Shown in pieces: positions 27,312-37,908 of a DNA stretch of 37,908 bases. The stretch is from positions 1 to 37,908 of the forward strand of contig JBEEJJ010000001.1 in NCBI GenBank assembly GCA_041169265.1, written 5' to 3'. The notes beneath the pieces were generated by a model. The model ran no database searches and was not told where the DNA came from. It saw only the letters and a list, made by a program, of their open reading frames with translations. This DNA comes from Actinomycetota bacterium. Lineage in GTDB: Bacteria > Actinomycetota > Actinomycetes > Actinomycetales > Microbacteriaceae. A program made the translations under genes and the position numbers. How positions within the stretch are numbered: position 1 is the stretch's first letter; the number at the start of each line of letters is the position of its first letter.

Positions 27312-28289
27312 TTAGGCGGCCATCGCGGCTAAGCGAGAAATGGCTCTTCGGTATTTCTTTTGATAAGCGCCGGCAATCATCTCTGGCGTGAATGCGGTGG
27401 AAGGATCGACACCAGAGGTGCGCAACTGAATCTGTTCTTCGTATGCTCGATCGACAAACGCGACAAACCTCAGGGCATCGCTCTGATCGGTGAACTGTTC
27501 TACCCCAGTGATAGCCACACGTTCGACGCCGGCTACCAGCTTGTGATATTTGGACGGGTGCATGCTCGCTAGGTGCTTTAGAAGTTCAGGGAAGCTGTCT
27601 AACGTGCCGTTGATTCGACTGGCACTAACCCATTCGGCCAGGTCTTTCTGATCAAAGGAGCCGACGCTCTCGGTGTGACGGTGGCGATAGTCTTCTCCGT
27701 CGACACGGATAACCATAAATCTTGCTCCGATGCCAAGAATCTCTCGCTGGAAGTCCTCGGCTGCGAATCGACCAGCACCGAGTGCATCAGGTGGAGTGTT
27801 AGACGTTGCAGCAAAAACAGTCCCATTGGCTCCAAGTTCGTTTATGAGCCGACTCATAATCATGGTGTTGCCAGGATCGTCGAGCTCGAATTCGTCTATT
27901 GCAATCAAATCGAACTTTGCCAAAAGCTTTAGGCTCTCGGCAAAACCAACGGCTCCGATGAAACTCGTATAGGCGAGAAAACTTCCAAAAAGCTTCTTGC
28001 CCTTGAATTCCTTGAAGTAACTGACCAGCAAGTGCGTTTTTCCCACACCGAAACCACCATCCAGGTAAAACCCTGGCACCGCATCCCCGCGCTTTTTGGA
28101 TTTTTGCTGAAGCCGAGACTTCAGCTCAGCAACTGCCTGCGATTGGCTGTCGAACTTCTCATCTGGAACGTAGCTCGAAAATGTGGCGTTCTGAAACTCT
28201 CTCGGCGGGACCAATTCAGCGAGCATCTCGGCTGGAGTTATCGCTGGATTCAGGTCGACGAGACGCCTAATCGGTGCGGATGTTGCCAT
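27312..28289 (-). CDS. zapE: ZapE/AFG1-family ATPase
   Basis: Motifs GFYLDGGFGVGKTHLL, IDEFELDDPG, ATSNTPP, GRFAAEDF.REI, DGEDYR and ALRFV.FVDR.Y. Confidence 0.93.
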   Translation of the reverse strand: MATSAPIRRLVDLNPAITPAEMLAELVPPREFQNATFSSYVPDEKFDSQSQAVAELKSRLQQKSKKRGDAVPGFYLDGGFGVGKTHLLVSYFKEFKGKKLFGSFLAYTSFIGAVGFAESLKLLAKFDLIAIDEFELDDPGNTMIMSRLINELGANGTVFAATSNTPPDALGAGRFAAEDFQREILGIGARFMVIRVDGEDYRHRHTESVGSFDQKDLAEWVSASRINGTLDSFPELLKHLASMHPSKYHKLVAGVERVAITGVEQFTDQSDALRFVAFVDRAYEEQIQLRTSGVDPSTAFTPEMIAGAYQKKYRRAISRLAAMAA

Positions 28290-28367
28290 TTCTTACCGTT
28301 CGGTTGGGAATCTCAGATGGGTCGTTTACCCTAGTTATTAGAGTCTACTAACGGAAGAAAAAGGACC

Positions 28368-29273
28368 ATGCCCGTCGATTTCGAACAAAATCCAAAATTC
28401 TCACAGTATGCCCACCCAGAGGTGCTGGTGTCGGTTGAATGGCTGAAGGCGAACCTCGGCTCCGAGGGCCTCGTGGTGGTTGAATCGGACGAGGACGTGC
28501 TTCTTTATGACGTCGGACACATTCCTGGTGCCGTCAAAGTTGACTGGCACACCGACCTTAACGATCCAACGACGAGAAATTACGTTGATGGTGAAGGTTT
28601 CGCGGCGCTCATGGCACGTTCGGGGATTTCGCGAGACACAACGGTCGTCATCTACGGCGACAAGAGCAACTGGTGGGCTGCATACGCTCTCTGGGTTTTC
28701 AAACTCTTTGGTCACGAGGATGTGCGATTGCTTGATGGGGGTCGTCAAGCGTGGATTGAAGGCGGTGGCGAAATCACTCGCGAGGTTGCACCGATTGTTC
28801 CAGGCTCTTATCCAGTGGTAACGCGTGACGACCACACCATCCGAGCTTTCAGGGATGATGTGCTCGCGCACTTCGGAAATCCGATTGTCGACATCCGCTC
28901 TCCGCAGGAATACTCGGGTGAGCGCACTCACATGCCGGATTACCCCCAAGAAGGTGCCTTGCGAGCTGGTCACATTCCGACTGCCGTAAGCGTGCCGTGG
29001 GCTCGTGCTGTTAACGAAGATCAGACCTTCAAAAGTCGCAGTGACCTCGAGGCCATTTACCAGGGCGAGAAGGGGTTGAAGCCGAGCGACTCGGTTATCG
29101 CTTACTGCCGAATTGGAGAGCGATCGAGCCACAGTTGGTTTGTGCTCACCTACCTACTTGGTTTCGACAGCGTTCGCAACTATGACGGTTCTTGGACCGA
29201 GTGGGGGAACCTAGTTGGCGTTCCGATTCACAAGGGTGAGGATGCTGGGCCGGTGCCAGCAAAGGCCTCGTGA
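28368..29273 (+). CDS. sseA: two-domain thiosulfate sulfurtransferase (SseA/CysA-type rhodanese)
   Basis: Motifs GHIPGAV, LLDGG, D.RSP.EY.G, active site YCRIGERS and [10 protein letters not shown]; paired with sufE. Confidence 0.93.
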   Translation: MPVDFEQNPKFSQYAHPEVLVSVEWLKANLGSEGLVVVESDEDVLLYDVGHIPGAVKVDWHTDLNDPTTRNYVDGEGFAALMARSGISRDTTVVIYGDKSNWWAAYALWVFKLFGHEDVRLLDGGRQAWIEGGGEITREVAPIVPGSYPVVTRDDHTIRAFRDDVLAHFGNPIVDIRSPQEYSGERTHMPDYPQEGALRAGHIPTAVSVPWARAVNEDQTFKSRSDLEAIYQGEKGLKPSDSVIAYCRIGERSSHSWFVLTYLLGFDSVRNYDGSWTEWGNLVGVPIHKGEDAGPVPAKAS

Positions 29274-29704
29274 GCAACCCACTAGCTGAGGCCGCGGCCG
29301 GCTTAGCCGACGAATTCTCAAGCGCTGGTGTTCGTGATCGGCTGGATTTTCTACTCGAATTCAGTGACAACCTGCCAGCGCTCCCTCAGCGTTATATTGA
29401 CCACCCCGATCTGCTGGAGCGGGTAGAGGAGTGCCAGGCTCCGGTGTTTTTGTTTACGGAAGTCGAAGAGGGCATCGTGCACACGTTCTTCTCGGCCCCG
29501 GAAGAAGCCCCAACCACTCGTGGATTTGCCGGTATTCTGCACGAATTACTCGACGGACGTGCGGTAAACGAAGTTCTTTCCTTTTCAGATGATTTCCCTG
29601 ACACACTAGGACTCGCAGAGGCCGTCTCTCCCCTGCGATTGCGCGGAATGCGAGCGATGCTATTTAGACTCAAGCGGCAAGTCAGTGACAAACGGCAAGA
29701 CTGA
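29270..29704 (+). CDS. sufE: SufE family sulfur-acceptor protein
   Basis: Motifs [19 protein letters not shown] and SPLRLRG; GTGA overlap with the sulfurtransferase. Confidence 0.92.
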   Translation: MSNPLAEAAAGLADEFSSAGVRDRLDFLLEFSDNLPALPQRYIDHPDLLERVEECQAPVFLFTEVEEGIVHTFFSAPEEAPTTRGFAGILHELLDGRAVNEVLSFSDDFPDTLGLAEAVSPLRLRGMRAMLFRLKRQVSDKRQD

Positions 29705-30242
29705 GTCACCTGATCTTTTAGATTGGTACCGACTCGACAACACGGTGTCCGCCAACTTCGTAGTGTCGACCGATGGGCGTTATAAAGATGAACAAGGGTC
29801 GAGCCGGGGCATCTCTTCTGCGGTTGACTTGGCCCACCTCGTCCATCTGCGTCGGCAATGTGATGCATTAATTACCGACGGAACAACGGCGAGACTCGAA
29901 TCCTATAAACCTAGTGACCAGAGGGCTACCTACGTCTTTACCAGGCGTGAGGTGGCTCCGGGACTTACCGCTCTGATGGCTAACGAGAGCGAAGGCTTCG
30001 TCAAAATCTTCGAACGATTAGAAGACGCTCACGACAGGATTCTTCTCGAAACTGGCCCGAGGCTTCTCAAGGAATTCATTCGGCTGGGATTGGTGGATTC
30101 GGTATTCATTTCGGTCACGGGAGAAGCCTCTAAGGTGGCCTCGGGACTGAGTTATGCAACATCGTTGCTCGGATTCACCTGCTCACCCGTCAAATCGCAT
30201 CAGTATTCGGATACAAGCCTGAACCGTTTCGATTTGAACTAG
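29685..30242 (+). CDS. RibD C-terminal / dihydrofolate-reductase-fold protein
   Basis: Motifs ANFVVSTDG, SRGISS..D....LR..CDA, GTTARLESY, ILLETGPRL and GLVD. Confidence 0.8.
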   Translation: MTNGKTESPDLLDWYRLDNTVSANFVVSTDGRYKDEQGSSRGISSAVDLAHLVHLRRQCDALITDGTTARLESYKPSDQRATYVFTRREVAPGLTALMANESEGFVKIFERLEDAHDRILLETGPRLLKEFIRLGLVDSVFISVTGEASKVASGLSYATSLLGFTCSPVKSHQYSDTSLNRFDLN

Positions 30243-30281
30243 TCGCGCGCTGGCAAGCGAAGTGAGCGTGACAGTGACTCT

Positions 30282-30302
30282 CGCAAGACCTGTCCTCTTG
30301 CG
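30282..30302 (+). terminator. hairpin lacking a U tract downstream of the sseA operon
   Basis: CGCAAGA-cctgtcc-TCTTGCG, with a second weaker inverted repeat at about 30242-30272. Confidence 0.35.
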
Positions 30303-30347
30303 GCGTGGTTATCGGGTGTCAGGTAGTCGAGCAAATACTCTTAAGCC

Positions 30348-30929
30348 GTGATCGAATTCGAACCTCAAGAGCAAGTCTCAGCTGAGTTTGCTCTGGCGCT
30401 TGCGAGCCTTAGCGGTTTAGAAGTTCGCCCTGAGATCGAAGTCACCGAAATAGCCGCACCCGCAGGATTGGCCGCGCACGCGATCGCCTTCAATTGCGAC
30501 GTGAAACCGGCTGACTCACACGCCAAGTTGGATCTTGGAACGGGGCGTCTGGTTTTGCTCTGGGATGAAGAACCTCAAGAATCATGGGGCAGCAGGTTCC
30601 GCATCATCATATTTGCCAAGTCGCCGCTCGAGACTGATATCGGTTCGGAGGATGAGAGCACCGGCATCAGTTGGCTTTGGCTAAAGGACGCTCTCGAGGT
30701 CTTGGGGGCGAGTTACACGGCCGAGGCTGGCACAACGACTCGCGTTATCTCGTCGGGTTTCGGAGCGCTTGCTAATCAGTCTGATCACGCAGAACTTGAG
30801 ATGCGCGCATCATGGAGTCCGAGTGATACAAACATCGGACCTCACATCTTGGCTTGGCAGAACTTGATCTGCATGATGTCTGGCTATCCATTGCACAATG
30901 AAAAACTCGGTCGACTGAATGCCGGATGA
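30348..30929 (+). CDS. DUF3000 family protein
   Basis: Motifs RPEI...EI.AP..LA, GTGRLVLL.D, SWLWL, GTTTRVIS..FG and EMRASWSP; typical position upstream of rnd. Confidence 0.88.
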   Translation: MIEFEPQEQVSAEFALALASLSGLEVRPEIEVTEIAAPAGLAAHAIAFNCDVKPADSHAKLDLGTGRLVLLWDEEPQESWGSRFRIIIFAKSPLETDIGSEDESTGISWLWLKDALEVLGASYTAEAGTTTRVISSGFGALANQSDHAELEMRASWSPSDTNIGPHILAWQNLICMMSGYPLHNEKLGRLNAG

Positions 30930-32187
30930 AATTTCGGTCGATGACCCGGCTAGCACCACCGAAGTTGAGCTTTCTCCCCTGTTAGCGCCGCGCACGGATG
31001 ACATTCGGTTTATCACCAGCGCCAGCGACTTGGATGATGCAGTGGCAGCACTTTTAGCGGGTTTCGGGGCGCTAGCGGTGGACGCTGAAAGAGCCAGCGG
31101 GTTCAAATATTCACAACGTGCCTACTTGATTCAACTTCATAGATTAGGCGCTCCGATACTTTTAGTTGACCCTATTGCTGTTTGCGAGGACGACCCGGAG
31201 GCGTTCGCAAGGGTGCAACTCGCCTTGCAAGACTTGACCTGGATCATTCACGCAGCCACACAAGACATCCCCTGCCTAGCGGAGTTGGGATTGCGTCCCA
31301 AAAAACTCTTTGACACGGAACTCGCCGGGCGACTTGCTGGATTCGAACGAGTTGGGCTTGGTGCGATGGTGGCACGCACAATGGGGTTGCAACTCGCCAA
31401 AGAGCATTCCGCGGTCGATTGGTCTACGCGCCCACTCGATCAGTCATGGCTGAACTATGCCGCACTAGACGTTGATGTACTTCCCGATCTCATGTCAGCA
31501 CTCCTGGGCGAACTAGAAAACCAAGGCAAGTTGGAATGGGCCGAGCAGGAGTTTGACAATCTCACGCGATTTGCACCCAAAGCGCAAAAAGAGGATCGTT
31601 GGCGAGGAATATCCGGATTACATGCCCTCAAGCAGCAGAGAGACTTGGCGATTGCGAAGGAACTCTGGATGGCCCGAGAGGGTCTTGCCCAGAAACTCGA
31701 TGTGTCTCCGGGACGCCTCATTCCAGATTCGTCCATAATCGAGGTAATCAATTCAAAACCCCGCACTAAAGCCGAACTAAATGCAAACAAGAAATTCTTT
31801 GGCCGGGCTAGCCGGAGCTACCTCGACCTCTGGTGGGAAGCAACCGCCCGCGGTATCTCGACGAACGACCTGCCTCTTCTAAAGCTTCCCGCTAGTGGAA
31901 TCCCAAATCACAGGATCTGGGCTCACAAATTTCCCGAAGCGGACGCCCGGCTTACCGCCGCCAAAATGGCGATGGCGGTCGTCGTGGAAAGAGAAAACGT
32001 TCCTGCGGAAAACATACTTTCTCCAGATAGTCTTCGTCAGCTCTGCTGGAGCGTTGAGCCTAAATCGGAATCCCAGATTAGTGACTTCCTATTGCAATTA
32101 GGGGCTCGACCGTGGCAAACGAAACTGACTAGTCGCGTTCTTGAGGAAGCTCTATCGCCCTTGTGGCACTTGCCGAGTCAAGAATAG
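30919..32187 (+). CDS. rnd: ribonuclease D (3'-5' exonuclease plus HRDC domain)
   Basis: Motifs [40 protein letters not shown] and HRDC W..RE..A...D. Confidence 0.93.
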   Translation: MPDEISVDDPASTTEVELSPLLAPRTDDIRFITSASDLDDAVAALLAGFGALAVDAERASGFKYSQRAYLIQLHRLGAPILLVDPIAVCEDDPEAFARVQLALQDLTWIIHAATQDIPCLAELGLRPKKLFDTELAGRLAGFERVGLGAMVARTMGLQLAKEHSAVDWSTRPLDQSWLNYAALDVDVLPDLMSALLGELENQGKLEWAEQEFDNLTRFAPKAQKEDRWRGISGLHALKQQRDLAIAKELWMAREGLAQKLDVSPGRLIPDSSIIEVINSKPRTKAELNANKKFFGRASRSYLDLWWEATARGISTNDLPLLKLPASGIPNHRIWAHKFPEADARLTAAKMAMAVVVERENVPAENILSPDSLRQLCWSVEPKSESQISDFLLQLGARPWQTKLTSRVLEEALSPLWHLPSQE

Positions 32188-34090
32188 CTTCGCCGGTAGG
32201 CCGTGCGTGAGGAACCTTGGTTCCAAGAACCTGCGCCACAATGTCATGAGCGATGTTTTGCGCCGTAAGGCCAACTCTCTCAAGAATCTCGGCTCGCGTG
32301 GCGTGTTCCAAGAATTCGTCTGGTAAACCTACCTCATTTAGAGCGGTGTCCACCTGAGCCTCGCGCAAATCCTGGCGCACGCGGGTGCCTATGCCGCCTA
32401 CTCGAACACCGTCTTCGATCGTGACCACTAGTCGGTGGTCACGCGCAAGAGAGACGACGCTCTTGGGCACAGGAACTACCCATCGAGGGTCAACAACAGT
32501 CGCTCCAATGCCTTGAGCCTGAAGCAGTTTTGCGACATCCAGAGCCACAGTCGCCATTGCGCCAACCGCAACTAAGAGAACGTCTTTGCTCGCGGATTCG
32601 TGCAAAACATCAACCCCGTCGTCAACCCGGCGAATCGCGTCAATGTCATTGGCGGCCGATCCTTTAGGGAAACGCAAAACTGTAGGTGCATCATCCACGT
32701 TTACTGCTTCGTTTAGTTCTTCACGAAGTGTCTTGGCGTCTCGAGGCGCTGCAATCCGAATCCCGGGAATCACCTGGAGCACAGCTAGATCCCACATTCC
32801 GTGGTGTGAGGCTCCATCTGGACCCGTGACGCCAGCACGGTCAAGAACCATCGTTACAGGCGCTTTGTGCAGCGCAACATCCATGAGTAGTTGGTCAAAA
32901 CCACGGTTTACGAATGTCGCATAGACCGCAACAACGGGATGAAGGCCACCGAACGCCATTCCCGCCGCGCTCGTGATGGCATGCTGCTCGGCAATACCAA
33001 CGTCAAACACGCGACTCGGATGTTTCTTGGCCATCGCATCCAGACCCACTGGAATTAGCATGGCTCCGGTGATGCCCACGACATCTTCGCGTTTGTCAGC
33101 AATCTTGACCATCTCTTCGCTGAATACCGACGTCCAAGACGGCACAGAGCTAGTATCAAGCGCTTCACCCGTGGTTGGGTCGATCTGCCCCACGGCGTGG
33201 AACTGGTCGTCCTCGTGGAGCATGGCCGGATCAAAACCTTTGCCCTTTTGCGTGATCGCGTGGACGATTACTGGGCTGCCATACTTCTTGGCCTGACGAA
33301 GAGCTGTTTCCATAGCGCCAAGATCGTGTCCGTCGACTGGGCCGATGTACTTCAAGTCAAGGTTCGGGAACATGCCTTTTGGTGTGACTGTGCCCAATAA
33401 TCCTTTGCCCGCTCCCCTGGCAGTCGAATAGATGAGTCTTCCAAGAAGCCCGAACCGCTCGAAGAATGCCCGAGAAAGACGGTAAGCCTTGCGATAAATC
33501 TTTTCGGTACGAATGTCGTTCAGGTAACGAGCAAGCCCACCGATCGTAGGTGCGTAGCTTCGGCCGTTGTCGTTGACGATGATCACCAACTTGCGATCGT
33601 TGTCGTCGGTGATGTTGTTCAAGGCCTCCCAGGCCATGCCACCGGTTAGCGCTCCGTCACCAATCACGGCAACCACGTGACGATCATTTTGCTTGGTGAG
33701 TTTGAAGGCCTTTGCGATACCGTCGGCCCAAGAAAGAGAGGACGAAGCATGAGAGCTCTCGACAACGTCATGTTCAGACTCTGACCGTTGTGGATAGCCG
33801 GCGATTCCGTTTTTCTGGCGTAGTCGCGAAAAATCTTGGCGACCGGTTAGCAGCTTGTGTACGTAAGACTGATGACCCGTGTCAAAAATAATCGGGTCAT
33901 TAGGTGAATCGAAGACTCGATGGATGGCAACGGTTGTCTCGACAACACCAAGATTTGGACCGAGGTGACCGCCGGTTCGAGCCACGGAGTTGATTAGGTG
34001 CTCTCGAATCTCAGCGCAAACCTGTTCGAGCTCGAATGAGCTAAGTGAGTCTAGGTCGCGAGGACCATGAATGTTGCTCAAGAGAGACAT
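32129..34090 (-). CDS. dxs: 1-deoxy-D-xylulose-5-phosphate synthase
   Basis: Motifs [58 protein letters not shown] and RFPKG. Confidence 0.99.
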   Translation of the reverse strand: MSLLSNIHGPRDLDSLSSFELEQVCAEIREHLINSVARTGGHLGPNLGVVETTVAIHRVFDSPNDPIIFDTGHQSYVHKLLTGRQDFSRLRQKNGIAGYPQRSESEHDVVESSHASSSLSWADGIAKAFKLTKQNDRHVVAVIGDGALTGGMAWEALNNITDDNDRKLVIIVNDNGRSYAPTIGGLARYLNDIRTEKIYRKAYRLSRAFFERFGLLGRLIYSTARGAGKGLLGTVTPKGMFPNLDLKYIGPVDGHDLGAMETALRQAKKYGSPVIVHAITQKGKGFDPAMLHEDDQFHAVGQIDPTTGEALDTSSVPSWTSVFSEEMVKIADKREDVVGITGAMLIPVGLDAMAKKHPSRVFDVGIAEQHAITSAAGMAFGGLHPVVAVYATFVNRGFDQLLMDVALHKAPVTMVLDRAGVTGPDGASHHGMWDLAVLQVIPGIRIAAPRDAKTLREELNEAVNVDDAPTVLRFPKGSAANDIDAIRRVDDGVDVLHESASKDVLLVAVGAMATVALDVAKLLQAQGIGATVVDPRWVVPVPKSVVSLARDHRLVVTIEDGVRVGGIGTRVRQDLREAQVDTALNEVGLPDEFLEHATRAEILERVGLTAQNIAHDIVAQVLGTKVPHARPTGEAILDSASATRAIELPQERD

Positions 34091-34127
34091 GCTTGCCTAA
34101 ACCCACCCGAATGCGGCGATTATTCCG

Positions 34128-36806
34128 CTATCCGACCAAGCTGCGCAGCACGTATTGAAGGATTCCACCGTTGCGATAGTAGTCTGCTTCTCCAGGTGTG
34201 TCGATACGAACAACTGCTTCAAACGAAACAGACTTTTTCCCTGCAGCTGAGTGCTGGCTAGGTCTAGCCGTAACCGTAACGGTCTTCGGGGTCACGCCTT
34301 CATTGAGCTTCTCGACACCTTCGATGTCGAAAACCTCCGTGCCATCCAGCCCCAAGCTCGAGGCGGTCTCACCCGCTGGGAATTGCAATGGCAAAACGCC
34401 CATGCCAATCAGGTTGCTTCTGTGGATTCGTTCAAAGGATTCCGTGATAACGGCTCGTACTCCTAGCAGCGAGGTTCCCTTCGCCGCCCAGTCGCGTGAC
34501 GATCCTGAACCGTATTCCTTGCCGCCGAGAATCACCAGTGGCGTTCCCGCCGCTTGGTAGTTCGAGGAGGCGTCATAAATGAACGACTGATCGCCACCAT
34601 CCGTGGTGAAGTCTCTGGTGTAACCACCTTCGATTCCATCAAGCAGTTGGTTCTTGAGTCGGATGTTCGCGAAAGTTCCGCGAATCATCACCTCGTGGTT
34701 TCCACGTCGAGAGCCATAGGAGTTGAAGTCCGCGCGGGCTACTCCGTGCTCGGTTAGATACTTACCGGCTGGTGAGTCCAGCTTGATGGAACCAGCTGGG
34801 CTGATGTGGTCGGTGGTCACCGAGTCCCCGAGAAGCGCGAGCACACGAGCGTTTGAGATGTCTGACACAGGTGCCGGCTCCGCCTGCATGCCCTCGAAGT
34901 AGGGTGGGCGACGCACATAGGTGCTCTGTTCATCCCAGTCGAAAGTAGCGCCGATAGGGGTCGGTAGCGCCTTCCAACGCTCGTCACCTTCAAACACTCC
35001 TGCGTACTGAACGCTGAACATGTCGCTGTTGATTGAGCTGTCGATCGTGCTCTGAACCTCTTCTGGAGTGGGCCAGATGTCGGCTAGGAAGACGTCCTTG
35101 CCTTCCTGGTCTTGACCGAGCGGCTGCGTTTCGAAGTCAAAGTCCATCGTGCCTGCGAGAGCATAGGCGATAACGAGGGGCGGCGACGCGAGGTAGTTCA
35201 TCTTTACGTCTGGATTGATGCGACCCTCAAAATTGCGGTTACCCGAGAGAACGGCGGTTACTGCCAAGTCGTTCTGGTTGATTGCGGCGGAAATTTCCTC
35301 ATCCAATGGCCCCGAGTTCCCGATGCAAGTTGTGCAGCCGTATCCAACAAGATTGAAGCCGAGGGCGTTGAGGGCCTCTGTCAGCCCTGCTTTTTCGTAA
35401 TAGCTGGTTACGACTTTTGACCCCGGTGCGAGCGATGTCTTAACCCAAGGCTTCGCCTTCAGTCCCTTCGCATCGGCCTTCGCGGCCAAGAGTCCCGCCG
35501 CGAGCATGACCGAAGGGTTGCTGGTGTTGGTGCAAGAGGTAATTGAGGCAATGGTTACATAGCCGTTGTCTACGCTGAAGTCGGTGCCGTTCACCTTTGT
35601 CGGTTTTGAAGCAGAGGCGCTGTAGCTCGGCAAGACTTCTTGGAACTTCTGCTTGGCGTGCGAAAGTTCAATTCGATCTTGAGGGCGTTTCGGTCCGGCG
35701 ATCGAAGGGACTACGGTCGAGAGGTCGAGTTCGAGATACTCGCTGAAAACCGGTTCGTGGTCCGGGTCGTGCCACAAGCCCTGTGCCTTGGTGTAAGCCT
35801 CGACGAGGGCGATTTGCTCTTGGCTTCGTCCGGTGATGCGAAGGTAGTCAAGCGTCACGTCGTCAATCGGGAAGATTGCCACCGTGCTGCCGAATTCGGG
35901 GCTCATGTTTCCAATGGTTGCTCGGTTTGCAAGCGGCACCGAAGACACTCCAGCTCCGTAGAACTCGACGAACTTGCCCACCACGCCGTGTTTGCGAAGC
36001 ATTTCGGTGATCGTGAGCACAACATCCGTTGCTGTTGCTCCTGTTGGAATCTTGCCGGTTAGCTTGAAGCCGACAACTTTCGGAATCAGCATTGAGACTG
36101 GCTGGCCTAGCATTGCAGCTTCGGCCTCGATGCCACCTACTCCCCAACCAAGGATGCCGAGCCCGTTGACCATGGTGGTGTGCGAGTCAGTTCCGACGCA
36201 TGAGTCTGGGTATGCCTGCAGTTCGCCTGCTACTTCGCGAGTCATGACGGTGCGGGCAAGGTATTCGATGTTGACCTGGTGGACAATGCCAGTGCCTGGA
36301 GGTACGACCTTAAAGTCATCAAATGCGGTTTGACCCCAACGAAGGAATTGGTAGCGCTCAGCATTGCGCTCGTACTCGAGCTCAACGTTTCGTTCAAAGG
36401 CGTCTTCGCGGCCAGCCACATCGATAACTACTGAGTGGTCGATTACCATCTCGGCCGGCGCGAGAGGGTTGATTTTCTTGGGGTCTCCACCGAGTTTGGC
36501 GACGGCCTCCCGCATGGTGGCTAGGTCGACGATACAAGGCACTCCCGTGAAGTCCTGCATGATGACTCGGGCCGGGGTGAACTGGATTTCGGTGTCTGGT
36601 TCACTGGTGGGATTCCATGAGGCCAAAGCCCGGATGTGCTCGGCGGTGATGTTTGCACCATCTTCGGTTCGAAGGAGGTTCTCCAGAAGGATCTTCAGGC
36701 TGAACGGGAGCTTGGCGGCGTCAACCGCATCCAGGCGAAAGAATCGATACTTTTTGCTGCCAACTTCAAGAAAATCGGCAGCGCCGAAACTATTCACCTT
36801 TGACAC
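34128..36806 (-). CDS. acnA: aconitate hydratase A
   Basis: Motifs [49 protein letters not shown] and [12 protein letters not shown]. Confidence 0.99.
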   Translation of the reverse strand: MSKVNSFGAADFLEVGSKKYRFFRLDAVDAAKLPFSLKILLENLLRTEDGANITAEHIRALASWNPTSEPDTEIQFTPARVIMQDFTGVPCIVDLATMREAVAKLGGDPKKINPLAPAEMVIDHSVVIDVAGREDAFERNVELEYERNAERYQFLRWGQTAFDDFKVVPPGTGIVHQVNIEYLARTVMTREVAGELQAYPDSCVGTDSHTTMVNGLGILGWGVGGIEAEAAMLGQPVSMLIPKVVGFKLTGKIPTGATATDVVLTITEMLRKHGVVGKFVEFYGAGVSSVPLANRATIGNMSPEFGSTVAIFPIDDVTLDYLRITGRSQEQIALVEAYTKAQGLWHDPDHEPVFSEYLELDLSTVVPSIAGPKRPQDRIELSHAKQKFQEVLPSYSASASKPTKVNGTDFSVDNGYVTIASITSCTNTSNPSVMLAAGLLAAKADAKGLKAKPWVKTSLAPGSKVVTSYYEKAGLTEALNALGFNLVGYGCTTCIGNSGPLDEEISAAINQNDLAVTAVLSGNRNFEGRINPDVKMNYLASPPLVIAYALAGTMDFDFETQPLGQDQEGKDVFLADIWPTPEEVQSTIDSSINSDMFSVQYAGVFEGDERWKALPTPIGATFDWDEQSTYVRRPPYFEGMQAEPAPVSDISNARVLALLGDSVTTDHISPAGSIKLDSPAGKYLTEHGVARADFNSYGSRRGNHEVMIRGTFANIRLKNQLLDGIEGGYTRDFTTDGGDQSFIYDASSNYQAAGTPLVILGGKEYGSGSSRDWAAKGTSLLGVRAVITESFERIHRSNLIGMGVLPLQFPAGETASSLGLDGTEVFDIEGVEKLNEGVTPKTVTVTARPSQHSAAGKKSVSFEAVVRIDTPGEADYYRNGGILQYVLRSLVG

Positions 36807-36815
36807 GGATGCTCC

Positions 36816-37496
36816 TTATGACGAAATCTCTTCCAAATTACCATCACGAGCGGCATACAGAGTGCGCTTCAGGATTATCCAGGTAAGTACGATCCAGGTT
36901 CCGAATAACGGCAGGCCAAGTAAAACCTTTGCGAAGCCCAGTGCTTCGACCTGATTCGAGTAATACAGAGGTAGTTGAACCCCCAAACGAATCAAATAGA
37001 GGCAAGCCCAAAAAATCGACAGATAGGTCATCAGTCGCTTGATTTTGCGGTGTTTTCTCCAATCCTCGGTGAGCTCCCCCACTGCTCGCATCAGCAAACC
37101 GAAGGCTGGAAAGCCTACTAACACGCTGAGCAAAAGACCCGCAGCCCAGCCACCGTTTACGAAAAAGTCCTTAACAAAGAAGTCTCCAGCGCTACCGCTT
37201 AGAGCTAGCCACGCGGCGATGCCGATTCCTATAAGCGATGCGAAGGCGTTTAGTATCGGTCGCTTGCGAAAAACCTGGATGCCGAGTACGACCACCGTTA
37301 GTGCAATAGCAGTGCTCACGGAGGCAACTACCGATTTGGTCATCGAGTAGGTGATTGTGAATGAAAGTGGTGGGATGGCAGATTCGATTAGTCCCCATTT
37401 GCCGCCGAGACTCTTGTATAAGGATCTTGCCGTAAGAACGTATTCACCATTCTTGTCGGTTTCGAGCCCCATCCAATTATCGAAGCCCTGACTCAC
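36816..37496 (-). CDS. DUF3159 family membrane protein
   Basis: Motifs LGG..GL.ES..P and R..VQLPLY, with multiple TM segments; follows DUF3710. Confidence 0.85.
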   Translation of the reverse strand: MSQGFDNWMGLETDKNGEYVLTARSLYKSLGGKWGLIESAIPPLSFTITYSMTKSVVASVSTAIALTVVVLGIQVFRKRPILNAFASLIGIGIAAWLALSGSAGDFFVKDFFVNGGWAAGLLLSVLVGFPAFGLLMRAVGELTEDWRKHRKIKRLMTYLSIFWACLYLIRLGVQLPLYYSNQVEALGFAKVLLGLPLFGTWIVLTWIILKRTLYAARDGNLEEISS

Positions 37497-37908
37497 AACT
37501 GCCTCGGTGGCGCGACATTTCCAGCTGGGAGGGCCAGACTCAGCAGCTCTCTCGGAGGCATGGGTTCATTGCCTCGATCGACGACGAGACTCCTGAAGAG
37601 TGTTTCGATAATTTGATTGGCGGCCGGATCAGTGATTGCCGCCCCAGTAATCGACCCTCTCAGGAACCATCGAGGTCCGTCGAAGCCAACGAATTTTATT
37701 CTCCTTGCTGGTTGCCCTGTCTCTTCATTAGTTGGAAGATTCACCAGCAAACACGCTCCCAGGGTGGAGTGCGTGTCTTCGACAGAGGCCCCTTGCGCTG
37801 CAAGCGATAAGGACAACTGCGCTCGAACTTCTGGCCAAACCTCCTCGCTGCTCGCGGCGGTGAAAACCGACACCTGCAAAACAGAGTTAGCTACTTCCAG
37901 TGTGATGG
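37493..37908 (-). CDS. DUF3710 family protein, C-terminal part (start outside the window)
   Basis: Motifs FVGFDGPRWFLRG and VVDRG.EPMPPRE. The frame stays open to the window end (ITLEVANSVLQVS). Confidence 0.88.
   Translation of the reverse strand, partial: ITLEVANSVLQVSVFTAASSEEVWPEVRAQLSLSLAAQGASVEDTHSTLGACLLVNLPTNEETGQPARRIKFVGFDGPRWFLRGSITGAAITDPAANQIIETLFRSLVVDRGNEPMPPRELLSLALPAGNVAPPRQL

Noticed and set aside
30316-30341. TGTCAG upstream of TACTCT as a PafBC/RecA-independent damage promoter
   Set aside because: The spacer is 13 nt rather than the 10 nt of TGTCRG-N10-TAnnnT.
1-37908. CRISPR array, IS element, prophage or defence system
   Set aside because: No regularly spaced repeats, transposase, integrase or defence-like genes were seen, and almost all of the sequence is accounted for by core genes.

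Overview
Gene-dense, mostly housekeeping segment of an actinobacterial chromosome. Gene order, short spacers and moderate GC suggest a streamlined Microbacteriaceae/Micrococcales genome (inference). In window order, the minus strand carries aroC(partial)-aroE-mltG-ruvX-alaS-hyp-DUF948-rpsD-rarA; rel-secF-secD-yajC-ruvBAC-yebC-pdxTS-HIT-thrS; tRNA Val/Cys/Gly; two tandem ammonium transporters; zapE; and dxs-acnA-DUF3159-DUF3710. The plus strand carries a cyclophilin-DUF349 pair, VIT1/CCC1-phosphatase, tRNA-Val(CAC) plus a small membrane ORF, sulfurtransferase-sufE-RibD-like, and DUF3000-rnd. No CRISPR, integrase, transposase or prophage was seen. The main leads are: (1) an Amt paralog pair in which one copy is canonical twin-His behind tandem GlnR-like boxes, while the other has a His->Glu pore substitution and sits behind a terminator; (2) a membrane ORF starting 1 nt after a CCA-less tRNA; (3) a structured, possibly pseudoknotted rpsD leader; (4) a DtxR/IdeR-like box at the VIT1-phosphatase operon; (5) repeated TAnnnT-N6-start leaderless promoters. 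All calls are by-eye motif recognition; no searches were run.
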